The translations under genes were made by a program, and so were the position numbers. From an uncultured Chromatiales bacterium (lineage in GTDB: Bacteria > Bacteroidota > Ignavibacteria > SZUA-365), in the NCBI GenBank assembly GCA_964448285.1, contig CAYUWG010000008.1:18645-82644 (forward strand): a stretch of DNA of 64,000 nucleotides, in the 5' to 3' direction. Shown here piece by piece: positions 61,412 through 64,000 of this stretch. Within the stretch, counting starts at the first letter, position 1. Each line of letters starts with the position of its first letter. The notes below the pieces were generated by a model that was not told the DNA's origin, made no database searches, and was given only the letters and a program-made list of their open reading frames with translations.

Positions 61412-62371
61412 ATGAATTCCCCTATGATAGCATTCAGCGGCCGCTCGAATCCCGTACTCGCAGAGAGTATCGCCAAGTATATTGGCGAGCCGCTTGGCGT
61501 TTGTGAGATCAAGAACTTCAGCGACGGCGAGATCTGGGTGAAGTATCGTGAGAACATCCGTGGGAGGGATGTCTTCATCATTCAGAGCACACAGCCGCCT
61601 GCTGAGAATCTCATGGAGTTGCTCATCATGCTCGATGCCGCCAAACGCGCTTCCGCGAACCGCGTCACTGCTGTCATCCCGTATTTCGGTTACGCAAGGC
61701 AGGATCGAAAAGATCAGCCTCGCGTTTCCATTACGGCACGTCTCGTCGCCAATCTCATTACGAGCGCAGGCGCCGACCGCGTCATCACGATGGACCTTCA
61801 CGCTCCACAGATCCAGGGTTTCTTCGATATTCCACTCGACCACTTGTACTCATCGGCTGTCTTCCTGAAGCATTTTCGTCGAAGGAAAATTCCGAACCTT
61901 GCGGTCGTTTCCCCGGACGTGGGGGGAATTAAAATGGCCCGTGCCTATGCAAAGCGACTGAAAGCGGACTTAGTCGTGCTCGATAAACGACGCCCACGGC
62001 AGAACGAAGCTGAAGTCCTCAACATCATCGGCAATGTCAAAGGGAGAAACGTTCTCATCGTCGATGATCTGATCGATACCGGCGGGACATTCAAAAACGC
62101 AGTGAGTGCGTTGCTCGATGCCGGAGCGAGTTCCGTTGAAGGAGCATGTACCCATCCTATTTTTTCAGGGAAAGCGGCCGAAAACATCAGCTCATCGGGA
62201 GTGAAGAACGTTTGGGTGACCGATACGATTCCACTCGGGCAGACGATCATCGACACGGGATGTGTAGAGGTGAAGTCCGTCGCGAAGCTTTTTGCCGAAG
62301 CGATCAAACGCACCCATCTGCATCAGTCGATCAGTTCCCTTTTCGATGTCGATAAAGACAAGATCATGTAA
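61412..62371 (+). CDS. prs: ribose-phosphate pyrophosphokinase
   Basis: N-terminus MIAFSGRSNPVLAESIAKYIG...FSDGEI and the PRPP-binding motif VLIVDDLIDTGGT. Confidence 0.9.
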   Translation: MNSPMIAFSGRSNPVLAESIAKYIGEPLGVCEIKNFSDGEIWVKYRENIRGRDVFIIQSTQPPAENLMELLIMLDAAKRASANRVTAVIPYFGYARQDRKDQPRVSITARLVANLITSAGADRVITMDLHAPQIQGFFDIPLDHLYSSAVFLKHFRRRKIPNLAVVSPDVGGIKMARAYAKRLKADLVVLDKRRPRQNEAEVLNIIGNVKGRNVLIVDDLIDTGGTFKNAVSALLDAGASSVEGACTHPIFSGKAAENISSSGVKNVWVTDTIPLGQTIIDTGCVEVKSVAKLFAEAIKRTHLHQSISSLFDVDKDKIM

Positions 62372-62391
62372 ATCATTATGGAGAAGAAACC

Positions 62392-63018
62392 GTGCACGAA
62401 ATAACACTCAATGCCACTATCCGAAAAGGACGGGGCCGTTCGTCATCGAACCGGTCACGCCGCCAGGGAATCGTTCCTGGCGTGTATTACCTGCATAACA
62501 GCGAAAACATCCCGATAGAAGTGCGTGCGCTGGATTTGCGCCCGCTCGTCTATACATCGGACACGCACGTCGTTGAACTGAAACTCGATGACGGCAGCAG
62601 CCGCAAAGCGATCGTGCGCGACGTGCAGTTCGATCCCGTCACGGACTCCGTGATCCATTTCGATCTCATGGGCCTCGTCGCGGGAGAAGAGATTACCGTG
62701 GAAGTGCCGATCGTGCTTGAAGGAAGCGCTATCGGAGTTCGTGAAGGCGGCATCCTGAATCACATCCTCCACAAGATCGAGATTCAATGCCTTCCGACGA
62801 ATCTCCCCGAACATATCTCAGTCGATATCAGCGAAATGAAGACGGGTGACATCATTCACGTCGGTGATTTGAAAGCAGAGAATGTCACGTTCCTCATGGA
62901 CCCGGATAATCCCGTCGTAACGATTTCGCATGCCCGTACGGAAACTGTCGCCGCACCTATCGAAGGCGAGCAGCCGACCGAGCCGGAATTGATCGGGCGC
63001 AAGAGTGAAGAAGAATAG
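62392..63018 (+). CDS. rplY: 50S ribosomal protein L25 / general stress protein Ctc
   Basis: N-terminus LNATIRKGRGRSSSNRSRRQGIVPGVYY, with the length and prs-ctc-pth synteny. Confidence 0.8.
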   Translation: MHEITLNATIRKGRGRSSSNRSRRQGIVPGVYYLHNSENIPIEVRALDLRPLVYTSDTHVVELKLDDGSSRKAIVRDVQFDPVTDSVIHFDLMGLVAGEEITVEVPIVLEGSAIGVREGGILNHILHKIEIQCLPTNLPEHISVDISEMKTGDIIHVGDLKAENVTFLMDPDNPVVTISHARTETVAAPIEGEQPTEPELIGRKSEEE

Positions 63019-63044
63019 TAACCCATACAGGACATTGTATTCCG

Positions 63045-63671
63045 TTGAGCAGCGATTCCGGCGAACCGAATGCGAATGACGATACGGTCTGTATCATCGG
63101 GCTTGGAAATCCGGGGATGAACTACATGGGGACACGGCACAACATGGGTTTCCGAGTTGTCGATACCATCGCTGAAAGAATCGGATTGACGGAGTTCACG
63201 AATGCCGGACAATACCTCCTTGCCACGGGGACGTTTTCGAATCGTGCTTTGCTGCTGGTCAAACCACAGACCTACATGAATCTCAGCGGGCAAGCCGTGA
63301 AGTGGATTCAGAAGGAAGGCCGAATAGCTTCACAAAACATGCTCGTCATTTGTGACGATGCCGCGTTGCCGCTTGGGGCTTTGCGCCTCCGTCGCTACGG
63401 GAGCAGCGGGGGACAGAACGGTCTGCAATCGATCATCGATGAGTTGGGGACGGAAGATATTCCGCGACTGCGTTGCGGGATTGGAAAGCCGGCCGAAGAT
63501 GATGATCTATCGGATTATGTCCTTTCTCCATTCGATGAAACGGAAAGGGAAGCTGCGGAGGCAATGATTCACCGTGCATCGGATGCTGTGCTCTGCATGA
63601 TCGAAAATGGGATAGACCGGACAATGAATGAATTCAATACCTCAACAACAAACATTCAGGATGTTCTATGA
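63045..63671 (+). CDS. pth: peptidyl-tRNA hydrolase
   Basis: CIIGLGNPGMNYMGTRHNMGF motif. It follows ctc. Confidence 0.85.
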   Translation: MSSDSGEPNANDDTVCIIGLGNPGMNYMGTRHNMGFRVVDTIAERIGLTEFTNAGQYLLATGTFSNRALLLVKPQTYMNLSGQAVKWIQKEGRIASQNMLVICDDAALPLGALRLRRYGSSGGQNGLQSIIDELGTEDIPRLRCGIGKPAEDDDLSDYVLSPFDETEREAAEAMIHRASDAVLCMIENGIDRTMNEFNTSTTNIQDVL

Positions 63672-64000
63672 CGGATTTTGCTTCTATCGGTATCGTTCCA
63701 CCTATCATTGGCGCCGTCGGGTTATTCGTGGCGTTGATCGTGTACCTGTACATCAAGCGACAGTCGCCGGGTAACGATCGCATGCAGGACATTGCGAACC
63801 AGATTCACATCGGTGCGATGGCGTTTTTGAAAAGCGAATATCGCGTCCTTGCTGTTTTTGTCGTTCTCGTGTTCGTGCTTTTATCCGTATTCATCGGAGT
63901 CAACATGGGTGTGGCGTTTCTCGCCGGTGGATTCTGCTCGGTGATGGCAGGGTTTCTTGGAATGCAAGCGGCAACGAGCGCCAACGTGCGAACGAGCGAA
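63668..64000 (+). CDS. hppA: membrane-bound proton-translocating pyrophosphatase, N-terminal part (runs off the window)
   Basis: The N-terminal TM helix followed by GNDRMQDIANQIHIGAMAFLKSEYRVL matches the H+-PPase N-terminus. Confidence 0.65.
   Translation, partial: MTDFASIGIVPPIIGAVGLFVALIVYLYIKRQSPGNDRMQDIANQIHIGAMAFLKSEYRVLAVFVVLVFVLLSVFIGVNMGVAFLAGGFCSVMAGFLGMQAATSANVRTSE

Noticed and set aside
61250-61843. 197-aa minus-strand ORF spanning the tRNA-Gln gene and the start of prs
   Set aside because: It overlaps a confidently identified tRNA and the conserved N-terminus of prs, so it is not plausible as a gene.

Overview
This 64 kb window looks like chromosomal DNA from an FCB-group bacterium (Bacteroidota/Ignavibacteriota/Chlorobiota-like). 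The indicators are a T9SS C-terminal sorting domain, an S46 peptidase and BNR/Sel1 surface proteins; overall GC is roughly 55-57 %. The ends are ordinary core genome. The left end carries an outer-membrane/giant surface protein/Fn3 operon, a DUF5686-like OMP, an S46 dipeptidyl-peptidase and an MBL hydrolase. The right end carries 2-oxoacid:ferredoxin oxidoreductase, lysS, pcrA/uvrD, tRNA-Gln, prs, ctc and pth, then the N-terminus of hppA. The centre (about 27-46 kb) is a dense accessory/defence region. An AbiEi/AbiEii pair truncates an SDR epimerase gene. After that, a 14 kb array has built up at the 3' end of the ABC-F gene ettA. It holds at least seven copies of the ettA 3' end, four remnants of an integron-type (IntI-like) tyrosine recombinase each with an attI-like region, and a recurring 74-bp palindromic element. 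Between these repeats sit cargo modules: hicBA, a fused RelE-like killer-antidote gene, an orphan HicB, DUF433/DUF5615, two tandem HEPN proteins, two PD-(D/E)xK-motif proteins, a BNR protein, and a GC-rich four-gene operon with translational coupling built around a Hanks-type Ser/Thr kinase. That kinase operon is the best candidate for a previously undescribed (probably defence) system. ettA itself carries two in-frame stop codons that are copied in its duplicate. All calls rest on reading the sequence and on family motifs I recognised; no database searches were possible.
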